Positions 50,561-60,230 of a stretch of 64,000 nt of DNA are shown here, one piece after another. A program made the translations under genes and the position numbers. Origin of the DNA: Clostridium sp. (GTDB taxonomy: Bacteria; Bacillota; Clostridia; Clostridiales; Clostridiaceae); contig DAVZGP010000008.1 of the NCBI GenBank assembly GCA_052274345.1, positions 18,697 to 82,696 on the forward strand, given 5' to 3'. The notes under the pieces were generated by a model that saw only the letters and a list, made by a program, of their open reading frames with translations, was not told where the DNA came from and did no database searches. Every line of letters begins with the position of its first letter. The stretch's first letter is position 1.

Positions 50561-52462
50561 TTACTTGTTTTTAATAAAATATCGTGTTTGTTTTTCTTCT
50601 TTTATAAAAATTATAGATAATGCTGGTAGAATAATATTTACACAATAAGGCCTATTATTCCATTTTTCAGGAATTGATAATATAATCTTATTATTTAACT
50701 TATCATTACCACCAAACATACTGTTATCACTATTAAATACTTCCACATAATTTACTAATTTAGGAACACCGATTTTATATACCCCATACGAAACCTGTGA
50801 AAAATTGCAAACTACTATTAAATAATCATCCTTATCGTACGCTATCCTTGTGAATGAAATTATACTTTGATTAGAATTATTAGAATCAATCCAATCGAAT
50901 CCATCACTAGTGTGATCATTTTGCCATAAAGCTTTTTCACCTTTATAAAATTCATTTAACGCTTTAGTATATTGCTGAAGCTTTTTATGCATAGGATACT
51001 CTAAAAGAAGCCAATCCAAACCTTTATTCGGATCCCATTCAATAAACTGACCAAACTCACCTCCCATAAATAATATTTTTTTACCTGGGTGCGCCATCAT
51101 ATACCCATAAAAAAGCCTTAAACTAGAAAACTTATAATCATAATCAAATGGCATTTTACTTAATAGTGACTTTTTACAATGAACAACTTCATCGTGAGAT
51201 AAAGGCAATATATAATTTTCAGAAAAAGCATACATTAATGAGAATGTTATTAACTCATGTTGAGCTTTCTTTTCATTACTATTTAGTTGCATATATTTTA
51301 GCATGTCATTCATCCAGCCCATATTCCACTTATAGTTAAATCCAAGACCGCCAACACTCGTAGGTGAACTTACTCCCCTCCATGATGTAGATTCCTCTGC
51401 AATCATTAGTACATTTGGATAATTTCTAAATATAATCTCATTTAGCTCTTTTAGAAATGATACAGCTTCTAAATTTATATTAGTCCCCTTATTATTTTTA
51501 AGATTCATACCATGCCTTGTCCCATAATCTAGATACAACATGTTAGAAACAGCATCTACTCTCAGTCCATCAATATGATATAATTCAAACCAAAACATTG
51601 CGTTTGAAATAAGGAACTCACGAACTTCGCCTTTTCCCAAATCAAAGTTTGCAGTACCCCAGTCATAATTTTCACCAAGCTCTGGATTATCATATTGAAA
51701 TAAATCCGTTCCATCAAATTTATAAAGACCATGTTCATCCGTGCAAAAGTGTCCTGGAACCCAATCCAATATAATTCCTATATTGTTTTGATGAAATTTG
51801 TTTACAAACCACATAAAATCTTTTGGACTTCCAAATCTGCTAGTCAAAGAGAAATAACCTGTAATTTGGTACCCCCAAGAATCATCTAATGGATGTTCCA
51901 TAACTGGTAACAACTCAATATGAGTATATCCCATGTATAATACATAGCTAAGAAGCTTGTCTGCAATTTCCCTATACGAATAAAATTTATTATTATCATC
52001 ACGAGCCCAAGAACCAAGATGCAATTCATATATGTTGAGAGGCATATCATAAGGCTTTCTTTTTTTCCTTTGTAGCATCCAGTTCTTATCATCCCACAGA
52101 TATCCTTTTAAATCCGTTACAATTGATGCGGTATTAGGTCTTACCTCGGAAAAATATCCATAGGGGTCAGCCTTAAAAAGTGATTTTCCCTTACTTGTTA
52201 TTATTTTATATTTATATAAATCACCATCTTTAATATTTTTTATAAAAATATTAAAGAAACCTGATTTTTGTATGTTTTTCATGGAATGATAAAACCCATC
52301 CCAATTATTAAAATCTCCTACCACCATAACTTCTTTTGCACTTGGTGCCCATACTGAAAATTCAGCCCCCTTTTCCCCATCTTTTGTTATAAGTTTACAT
52401 CCCATAAATTTGTAACTATCAAATTCATTTTTATGTAATAAGAAAGCTTCTACGTTATTCAT
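50561..52462 (-). CDS. glgB: 1,4-alpha-glucan branching enzyme
   Basis: YELHLGSW, SWGYQ, DGLRVDAV, IAEES, LSHDEVVH. Confidence 0.97.
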   Translation of the reverse strand: MNNVEAFLLHKNEFDSYKFMGCKLITKDGEKGAEFSVWAPSAKEVMVVGDFNNWDGFYHSMKNIQKSGFFNIFIKNIKDGDLYKYKIITSKGKSLFKADPYGYFSEVRPNTASIVTDLKGYLWDDKNWMLQRKKRKPYDMPLNIYELHLGSWARDDNNKFYSYREIADKLLSYVLYMGYTHIELLPVMEHPLDDSWGYQITGYFSLTSRFGSPKDFMWFVNKFHQNNIGIILDWVPGHFCTDEHGLYKFDGTDLFQYDNPELGENYDWGTANFDLGKGEVREFLISNAMFWFELYHIDGLRVDAVSNMLYLDYGTRHGMNLKNNKGTNINLEAVSFLKELNEIIFRNYPNVLMIAEESTSWRGVSSPTSVGGLGFNYKWNMGWMNDMLKYMQLNSNEKKAQHELITFSLMYAFSENYILPLSHDEVVHCKKSLLSKMPFDYDYKFSSLRLFYGYMMAHPGKKILFMGGEFGQFIEWDPNKGLDWLLLEYPMHKKLQQYTKALNEFYKGEKALWQNDHTSDGFDWIDSNNSNQSIISFTRIAYDKDDYLIVVCNFSQVSYGVYKIGVPKLVNYVEVFNSDNSMFGGNDKLNNKIILSIPEKWNNRPYCVNIILPALSIIFIKEEKQTRYFIKNK

Positions 52463-52880
52463 GACTACCTCTCTCCCTCAAAACCTAAACAAATTATAAT
52501 TTATATTAATATGCTTTAATTCATATAATAGTAAGCAAATCAATAAAACATAAATGTCCTGATGTTAAATTCTTAAACAAACAAAATTTTACTTAATTTG
52601 TTTTTATTTGTTTTAAATGTTTTTAATAACATATTTACTACATATTCTAAATTATACCATATATTATAGTAAAGCTGTGGTAAAAACTGTATTTTATTTT
52701 AATAAATAATTAATAAATTAATTATTTTTATTTCCATAAGTATGAAATCGTTTAATTGATATGGTTACTTTTATTATTTAAGCACATTTAAATAGCTAAC
52801 AAAATCATTAATTGTCATTTATTTAAACATGCTTTTTATTCATTTACTATATATTTTTACTATATATGTTTAATATAACA

Positions 52881-53699
52881 TTAATCGTTAGAAATATCCA
52901 TACCATAAAATATTTCTTTCATTTCTTTTTCAAGTTTTGCAACAATATTTACTTTTTCATCCTCATTTAAATCTTCTTGTTTAATCTCAAATAAATAATT
53001 ATCAAGTTCAAAATCATTTAATATCATTTTTGTATGAAATATATTAGATTGATATATATTCATATCCATTAATGTATATCTAGCTATTGTTTCTTTAGCA
53101 ATATAATTTTGTATAGAATTAATTTCATGATCTATAAAATGTTTTTTGCCATCCATATCGCGGGTAAAACCACGAACTTTATAGTCAATAGTGATAATAT
53201 CTGAATCAAAGCTATCTATTAAATAATTTAGAGCTTTTAATGGTGATATTTCACCACAAGTGGCTACATCTATATCCACTCTAAAGGTACTTATATCATT
53301 TTGTGGATGGCTTTCCGGATAAGTATGCACCGTTACATGACTTTTATCTAAATGTCCTACAATATTCTCCCGTATTGGCGTTAGAATACCTCTATTACAA
53401 GAAGGATCTACCACATATAATGGAATTTCTTCCTCTGAAATGAGTAATGTCACACTTGCTCCTTGAGGATCATAATCCTGCTTTGCAATGTTTAGAACAC
53501 TAGCGCCTATCATTTTCGTAACATCAGTGAGAATTTTTGTTAACCTCTCAGCATTATATTGTTCATCGATATATTCTATATATTTTTTTCTATCCTCAAT
53601 TGTTTTTGTATAACAAACATCATAAATATTAAAACTTAATGATTTTGTTAAATTGTTAAATCCATAAAGTTTAATTTTATTTTTATCATTTTTAGCCAA
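52881..53699 (-). CDS. speD: S-adenosylmethionine decarboxylase proenzyme (long, E. coli-type)
   Basis: [38 protein letters not shown] self-cleavage site, TCG. Confidence 0.95.
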   Translation of the reverse strand: MAKNDKNKIKLYGFNNLTKSLSFNIYDVCYTKTIEDRKKYIEYIDEQYNAERLTKILTDVTKMIGASVLNIAKQDYDPQGASVTLLISEEEIPLYVVDPSCNRGILTPIRENIVGHLDKSHVTVHTYPESHPQNDISTFRVDIDVATCGEISPLKALNYLIDSFDSDIITIDYKVRGFTRDMDGKKHFIDHEINSIQNYIAKETIARYTLMDMNIYQSNIFHTKMILNDFELDNYLFEIKQEDLNEDEKVNIVAKLEKEMKEIFYGMDISND

Positions 53700-53972
53700 T
53701 TTAATTCCCCATTTCTCTTAGACTTTTATAAAAAGTTCTATAACTTATTACTTGATTATAAAGCTACAAATTTGTTATCCCTACCCATTCTATATAATAA
53801 ATTACTTGAAGTATATACTTTTAAACATTATAATCATTTATAATAGTAACATATATATTTTTTTTCTGTTTATTATTACTATTCCTAGTAAAACATGAAT
53901 ATGAATATATTCATGTGTAATAATTATAATTTTACACATTTGTACATCATTAGAATCGGAGGTATTAATACA

Positions 53973-55055
53973 ATGAAAAAACTAAAAGTCGGATTATTAG
54001 GTGGAACTGGATTCGTTGGTCAACGTCTTGTTACACTACTTGAAAATCACCCTTATTTTGAAATAGCTGTTATTGCTGCTAGTGAGAACTCTGTGGGTAA
54101 AACTTATTATGACGCAGTAAATAAAAGATGGAAATTGGATGTCCCAATGCCTGAAAACGTCAAAAACATAGTAATAAAAAACATAAACGAAGTGGATGTT
54201 ATAAGCAGTGAGGTAGATTTCGTATTTTGCGCTGTTAATATGCCTGCAAATGAGATACGTGAAATTGAGGAGAAATATGCAAAAGCTGAAACTCCTGTAG
54301 TTTCAAATAACTCTGCACATAGAAGTACTCCAGATGTTCCAATGGTTATTCCTGAGATAAATTCAGACCATTTCAAATTAATTGATGCACAACGAAGGAG
54401 ACTGGGAACTAAAAGAGGTTTTATTGCAGTAAAACCCAACTGCTCAATTCAAAGTTATGTTCCTGCTATAAGTGCTCTTCTAGAATATAAGCCTACAAAA
54501 ATATTAGTTTGCACATATCAAGCTATATCTGGATCTGGTAAGATTTTCTCAGACTGGCCAGAAATACTTGATAATGTTATTCCATATATAGGTGGAGAAG
54601 AAGAAAAGAGTGAGCAAGAACCACTTAAAATTTGGGGCCATATAGAAAATGATAAAGTAGTTAATGCAAAGGACCCTATAATTTCAACTCAATGTATACG
54701 TGTCCCTGTTGCTGATGGTCACTTAGCTGCAGTGTTTGTTTCCTTTGAAAATAAACCATCAAAAGAAACTATTTTAGAAAAATGGGCAACTTACAAAGGA
54801 AAACCACAAGATTTGAAGCTTCCAACTGCTCCTGATCATTTCTTAACATACTTTGAAGAAAATGATAGACCTCAAACAAGACTCGACAGGAATATTGAAA
54901 AAGGTATGGGAATATCACTTGGTAGACTACGCGAGGACAAAATATTTGATTATAAATTTGTTTGTTTATCTCACAACACTCTACGCGGTGCAGCGGGTGG
55001 CGCAGTATTATCTGCTGAGCTTCTAATGAATGAAGGGTACCTAACTTCAAAATAA
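53973..55055 (+). CDS. asd: Aspartate-semialdehyde dehydrogenase
   Basis: GGTGFVGQ, KPNCS catalytic Cys, QAISGSG, HNTLRGAAGG; ATG 53973 after GGAGG. Confidence 0.96.
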   Translation: MKKLKVGLLGGTGFVGQRLVTLLENHPYFEIAVIAASENSVGKTYYDAVNKRWKLDVPMPENVKNIVIKNINEVDVISSEVDFVFCAVNMPANEIREIEEKYAKAETPVVSNNSAHRSTPDVPMVIPEINSDHFKLIDAQRRRLGTKRGFIAVKPNCSIQSYVPAISALLEYKPTKILVCTYQAISGSGKIFSDWPEILDNVIPYIGGEEEKSEQEPLKIWGHIENDKVVNAKDPIISTQCIRVPVADGHLAAVFVSFENKPSKETILEKWATYKGKPQDLKLPTAPDHFLTYFEENDRPQTRLDRNIEKGMGISLGRLREDKIFDYKFVCLSHNTLRGAAGGAVLSAELLMNEGYLTSK

Positions 55056-55068
55056 AAAAGTGTAGTCC

Positions 55069-55305
55069 TATGAACTTCCTCCTGCGTTACTCCAATAAGA
55101 GTTTGAAACATGAAATACCATTAAGAAATTCTAATCTTTTGCGAATATAAAATTCTCTATCGTTCACATTCGGCTTGCAGCCGGTTCACTAGCCTGGCCT
55201 TCTGCCAGACTTACGAGAATTTTCTATTAGCGAAAGAAGAATTTCTAAATGGGATTTCAATTGTTTCTGCACTTCTTATTGGAGTCACTTTCGGAGGAAG
55301 TTCAT
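55069..55305 (-). repeat. ~235-bp long-hairpin dispersed element, copy 2
   Basis: ATGAACTTCCTCC...GGAGGAAGTTCAT inverted ends; reverse orientation of 2467..2701. Confidence 0.85.
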
Positions 55306-55412
55306 TTTGTTATGTATTCTATATTCAAAAGAAGGGGCTCTTCGTTCCTTTGGAACGAAATTGTATTGTAGGAAATCATGACTGGTTAACGCTGCCTTTC
55401 ACCCCAAACATG

Positions 55413-55438
55413 AGAAAGAGCCCTATTTAGGCTCTTTC
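55413..55438. terminator. Intrinsic terminator hairpin
   Basis: GAAAGAGCC-loop-GGCTCTTTC followed by T run. Confidence 0.7.
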
Positions 55439-55563
55439 TTTATTAGTTTATTCTTTATTTTGTTTTTTATTTCAGGATTGCTATAAATTTCAGCTCCTGC
55501 TTCTATATCATTATTCCCAAGAGCGTCCATTTTCAATTTAGTTGCAGTTAATTTACTACTCAT
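55423..55563 (-). CDS. Putative 46-aa small protein (not in ORF track)
   Basis: Own translation MSSKLTATKLKMDALGNNDIEAGAEIYSNPEIKNKIKNKLIKKEPK; RBS AAGGGGAG upstream. Confidence 0.5.
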   Translation of the reverse strand: MSSKLTATKLKMDALGNNDIEAGAEIYSNPEIKNKIKNKLIKKEPK

Positions 55564-55902
55564 TTAACACTCCCCTTTCTATACTATACTTTTCAATAAT
55601 AACTATTTCATACATGGAATCATAATTATATTTTTATATGTATCATTTATTAATCAATTTGCTCATATTTTGTAGCAAAACTCCATTTATTCAAAAAAAT
55701 CAGTTTTACTCAAAGGTTCCAGCATTTTAAGCACTATATCAATATGTTTGACTTCATATACACATATAGATTATTCTTCTTTTATATTTTACAATCTTTA
55801 ATGGAATCCCATAGCGCTTTATAATATTTATCTGTATGATATACTTATTATAAAAGTTGATTTTAAATTCACAGAAACTACAGATTAAATATGGAGGTAC
55901 TT

Positions 55903-56357
55903 ATGGGCTCTAAAACAAACATATTCTGTCATTAATGGTATTTTCTTTATGCATAAATATTTTTCAATTTACCAATAATAGATTTCAATTAAAACAAAAA
56001 CAACAGAATAATGAAATGTATTTTAATATGTATCTTGACGGTATAGATAATATTATTGAAAACTTAAAGACTTCAAAATATGATAGAGTGGTTGATGTAA
56101 GTTTATTATCATATGATTTAGGCTGCGTATGTAGTTTTTATCCACTTACATCTTATTATGAGAAAAATGATGATTTATTAGCATCATTAACAATGTTAAA
56201 AGATGTTTTAACTAATAATTCAAATTTAAATAAATTATTAGATACAAAGGACTTAACTATATTAATACCAACCCTAAAAAAACTGGAATCCAATCCTTTG
56301 GATAAAAAAGCGGCGGACGAATTATATAACACTAAGATAATTCTAATAATCTTATGA
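55903..56357 (+). pseudogene. Hypothetical membrane-anchored protein with probable frameshift near 55920
   Basis: GGAGG-ATG at 55903 stops after 10 codons, while another frame reads ILSLMVFSLCINIF into ORF 55935..56357. Confidence 0.55.
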
Positions 56358-56422
56358 ATATATATTGATTTGAAAATTGGTATAGATTTACTTGTCTATA
56401 CATAACTTATCTTTAGTAAGTT

Positions 56423-56920
56423 TTAGTCTTTTATCATAAACATATGGCAACAAAGTTTTCGTCCTGCTCCAGTTTTGAAAATTTTGTTATAAGTATTTTG
56501 TATAGTCTCTTTATCATTATTATTTTCATATAAATTTACAAGAAAATCAGCCTCTACTAAAATCTGATAATCAATCCCATCAATATTTGAATAAGTATGG
56601 TGATGAGCTACTAGATAACTCACTCTCTCAATTACCTCCTTATTAAATTCAAGTCTGTTTAATAATTTCTCTGCATAACTAGGTCCTTCCTGTTCCTGAA
56701 GCTTACCATTACATTTCCCATATTTTTTCATAGAAACTTTAATCCCTATGTCATGAACAATGGCTGCCACCTCTAAGATCTCCATAACATTAGATGTAAT
56801 TTCTTCCATGTCTCCAATTAGCTTAGCAAACTCATGTACCTTTATAAAATGTTGAATTAATTCTGGCGCACCTTCATCAAAATCAAACATTTCTATAATT
56901 AAATTATTTATCTTATTCAA
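56423..56920 (-). CDS. HD-domain phosphohydrolase
   Basis: H...VHDIGIK, HHHTY, LVEADF motifs. Confidence 0.88.
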   Translation of the reverse strand: MNKINNLIIEMFDFDEGAPELIQHFIKVHEFAKLIGDMEEITSNVMEILEVAAIVHDIGIKVSMKKYGKCNGKLQEQEGPSYAEKLLNRLEFNKEVIERVSYLVAHHHTYSNIDGIDYQILVEADFLVNLYENNNDKETIQNTYNKIFKTGAGRKLCCHMFMIKD

Positions 56921-56975
56921 ATTAAACCTCCTTAAAACAATAAGACCTTATTATAATTATATATGTTAAATAACA

Positions 56976-57428
56976 TTACTTTATATATTCAGTAACTAAA
57001 TCAGTAAAAAGAATACCTTCTAAATGGTCTATTTCATGACAAAAACATTTCGCTAAATTTCCTGTACCAGTCAATATAATCTCATTACCATTTTCATCCA
57101 ATGCTTGTACCGTAATCTTTGCAGGTCTTTTTAACTTTCCAAATGTATTTGGAATGCTTAAACATCCCTCTGTAACTTCTTGAATTCCTTCATGCTCAAT
57201 TATCCTTGGATTAACTAGTTTTATAAGTCCTTGACCCATATCTATTACAACTAATCGTTTTAATATACCTACCTGTGGGGCTGCTAACCCTCCACCATTT
57301 TCTGTATTATACATAGTTTCTGCCATATCATTTAGTATCTGTCTTATTTTATTATCTACCACTTTAACTATTTTGCTCTTTTTTCTTAATATTTCATCAT
57401 CGAAAAGTCTAATTTGTCTTAATGCCAT
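56976..57428 (-). CDS. def: Peptide deformylase
   Basis: GGGLAAPQVG, EGCLS, HEIDH motifs. Confidence 0.95.
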   Translation of the reverse strand: MALRQIRLFDDEILRKKSKIVKVVDNKIRQILNDMAETMYNTENGGGLAAPQVGILKRLVVIDMGQGLIKLVNPRIIEHEGIQEVTEGCLSIPNTFGKLKRPAKITVQALDENGNEIILTGTGNLAKCFCHEIDHLEGILFTDLVTEYIK

Positions 57429-57665
57429 TTAAACTACACCCCTACTTTGTTGTGCTCTTGATTTTCTTACACTTTCTTTAAACAGAAAAATTTCCTCTAT
57501 AGGACTATGAAATGTCTTACAAATATCATAGGCTAACCATATAGACGGCTCAAATTTTTCTGTTTCAATGGAATTAATTGCTTGTCTGGATACACCTACA
57601 AGTTTTCCTAATTGTTCTTGTGTTAATCCGAGCGATTCACGAAATTCTTTTATCCTATTTTTCAT
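57429..57665 (-). CDS. XRE/Cro-family HTH regulator
   Basis: LTQEQLGKLVGVSRQAINSIE..K..PS. Confidence 0.9.
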   Translation of the reverse strand: MKNRIKEFRESLGLTQEQLGKLVGVSRQAINSIETEKFEPSIWLAYDICKTFHSPIEEIFLFKESVRKSRAQQSRGVV

Positions 57666-57786
57666 TAATTAACGCCTCCGCAATGTTAAACATTATATTA
57701 TGAATATAGCATTATTTTATTTTCACAATTGAGTTTATTATTTTTTTATATGCCATCACTCTTACATTCATTATGATACTACATAA

Positions 57787-58022
57787 TATGACTTCTCTGG
57801 AAGTGACTCCAAATAAGAAGAGCAGAAACAATTGAAATTCCATTTAAAATTCTTCTTTTGCAAATATAAAATTCTTGTAAGAATTCCAGCAAGGAAGTCT
57901 AGCGAACCGGCTGCAAGCAGAATGTGAGTGAAAAAGAATTTCATATTTGCAAGAGATTAGAATTTCTTAAAGGAATTTCATGTTTCAATCTCTTATTTGG
58001 ATTCACACATGAGAAAGTCATA
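57787..58022 (+). repeat. ~235-bp long-hairpin dispersed element, copy 3
   Basis: TATGACTTCTC...GAGAAAGTCATA ends; colinear with 2467..2701. Confidence 0.88.
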
Positions 58023-58741
58023 GAGATACACTCATTTAACATTGTTTTTGTAGCCGTTTTTCTATAAAAAATTGCTTTATATATTTGTTTTTCATTATCT
58101 GTTAAAGAACCATATTTAATTGCTGCTGAGCTATTACAAATAGATGGTATAAAACGCGTTAATCCAATTTTAGCGGCAAATGCAGACAAGTTTAAAACAA
58201 CTTTATTTGGCATTTGAAAGTTCTCATATGCAGCTGGAACAGCTGGGTCTAATCCTACAATAGCTGTAATCTCATCTGGATACTTTTTTGCCCAATAGAG
58301 TGCCTCTATACCAGATATGGAATGAGGAACTAATACATATGGTGCTTTTTCTCCAGCTAAAATTAAAGCTTTTCTTGTTTCTTCTAGTACTGTATCTATA
58401 TCTCTTAAAATATCAACAGTTTCGCTAAATCCATATCCTGCTTTCTCAACAACTGCAATACGATAATTATCACTTAGCCTTGAATATAAACTTCTAAAAT
58501 CCAAGGTTGGAGAACAAGTTCCTCCTCCTGCCATAAATACTAAAGTGACTTCTCCTTTACCTTCAGTATAAACATGCATCTGATGTTTATTTACTGTAAC
58601 CATTTTGCCTAATGGTCTAAATAAATTAGACTCTTGTTTTAACTTGATTTTGTTAATAATAAAAATAATTAAAATAATTATTAACAAGATTCCAATAATT
58701 ATAATTATACCTATACCTACTTTTTTTAAAACATTCCCCAT
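57941..58741 (-). pseudogene. Alpha/beta hydrolase truncated by the long-hairpin element
   Basis: EKAGYGFS, PHSISG nucleophile elbow, GLDP; last ~27 residues are read from the element. Confidence 0.75.
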
Positions 58742-58774
58742 TATTCCTCTCCTATATTTCTATGGTTAAACAAC

Positions 58775-59545
58775 TTATTTTTCTAATTCCTTTTGTATAA
58801 CTAGATCGATCATTTTACTACCTGCTTCATTTGGATGAAGATTATCTTGTGTATAAATAGATAAATTACTTTTATCTATTCCACTTAAAGTAAATAAGTC
58901 TATTACTTTTATAGAATTTTTAGAACATACATCTTTTATAGCCTGTACATATTGTTCTAATTTTATTCCTTTACTATTGGGAGAGGGATATATTGGTTGA
59001 TCTCCAAACTTACCTCTCTTTATTGGTGTCATAAAAACAAGTTCAACCCTTGGATTTGCAATTCTTATTTTATTAATTACTTTCTGTATATTTCCATAAA
59101 AAGTATCAATATTCCCATCATCATTAATTGTACCTAATTCTTTTCCATTTCTATAATCATTGGTTCCACCAAATACTGTAACCAAATCAACTTCAGCTAG
59201 TTTCTTAGACGTTACTCTGTCAGCCATTGTACCTAATTGTTGAGCAATAATACCATCATTAACATAACTTTTCAATTTCAAATCTTCTTTTAAGTATTTT
59301 GGGTATATGTCTTGTGCTGTAATGCTATCACCAATGGCATACCATATTTTATTTTTATATTTTATAGATTTTTGTGGAAGAATTTTATCTTCCTTCATTT
59401 GTTTTTGATTAGTTATATGTACTATTTTACCATTTGCTTTTGCTTTATACATACCAATTCCTAACACAAATATAACAATTACCATTAAAGATATAAAGAT
59501 CACTTTAAAATTAAACCCACCTTTGAAATGTTTACCATATCCCAT
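58775..59545 (-). CDS. SGNH/GDSL hydrolase with N-terminal membrane anchor
   Basis: GDSIT, GGTND, DNLHP motifs. Confidence 0.92.
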   Translation of the reverse strand: MGYGKHFKGGFNFKVIFISLMVIVIFVLGIGMYKAKANGKIVHITNQKQMKEDKILPQKSIKYKNKIWYAIGDSITAQDIYPKYLKEDLKLKSYVNDGIIAQQLGTMADRVTSKKLAEVDLVTVFGGTNDYRNGKELGTINDDGNIDTFYGNIQKVINKIRIANPRVELVFMTPIKRGKFGDQPIYPSPNSKGIKLEQYVQAIKDVCSKNSIKVIDLFTLSGIDKSNLSIYTQDNLHPNEAGSKMIDLVIQKELEK

Positions 59546-59559
59546 AATACTACCGCCCC

Positions 59560-60129
59560 TTACACATATTGCTTTTTCCCAGTCACAATGAATATGGGAT
59601 TATTAGCCATCAACATATAACTCTTCCCTTTTGTCTTACTTACTTGGATTTGTACACATTCAACTTTATAATTTAAGCTCTTTAAAGCTTCCATAGCCTT
59701 GTATACATTATTTATAGTTATAAAATTTAAAACAATGTTTTTGCCTTTTTTAAGTTTATCTCCATATTTTTCAATAATTTCAGCTATATTCCCACCACTT
59801 CCACCAACAAATATAGCATCAAATTCTCCTTTTATATTTGCCTCTGTCTCCATAGCCTCTGACTTTATTATCTGAAGATTACTCGCCTTAAACTTTACTT
59901 TATTTTGTTTTAAAACTTCTAATGCCTCATTATCTTTTTCTATAGCTATAACTTCACCCTTTTCACATATCAAAGCTATCTGAATACTTACGGATCCCGT
60001 TCCAGCACCTATATCTATTACCCTATAATTTTCTTCAAGCTCTAGCTTTACTACACTTAATATTCTTACTTCTTCCTTAGTCATTGGGCAATTGCCTCGT
60101 ATAAATTCGTCATCCTTAATAAACTTCAT
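59560..60129 (-). CDS. cbiT: Cobalt-precorrin-6B C15-methyltransferase (decarboxylating)
   Basis: PMTKEEVR, DIGAGTGSVS, FVGGSGG, ANNPIFI. Confidence 0.95.
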   Translation of the reverse strand: MKFIKDDEFIRGNCPMTKEEVRILSVVKLELEENYRVIDIGAGTGSVSIQIALICEKGEVIAIEKDNEALEVLKQNKVKFKASNLQIIKSEAMETEANIKGEFDAIFVGGSGGNIAEIIEKYGDKLKKGKNIVLNFITINNVYKAMEALKSLNYKVECVQIQVSKTKGKSYMLMANNPIFIVTGKKQYV

Positions 60130-60230
60130 ATTTAGCACCTCCTAATTTATTCCCTACAATATATATTTCTATTATACAACAGAAATATATATTTCAGAAA
60201 TGTTCATTTAATTTATAAGAAACTTATTTT

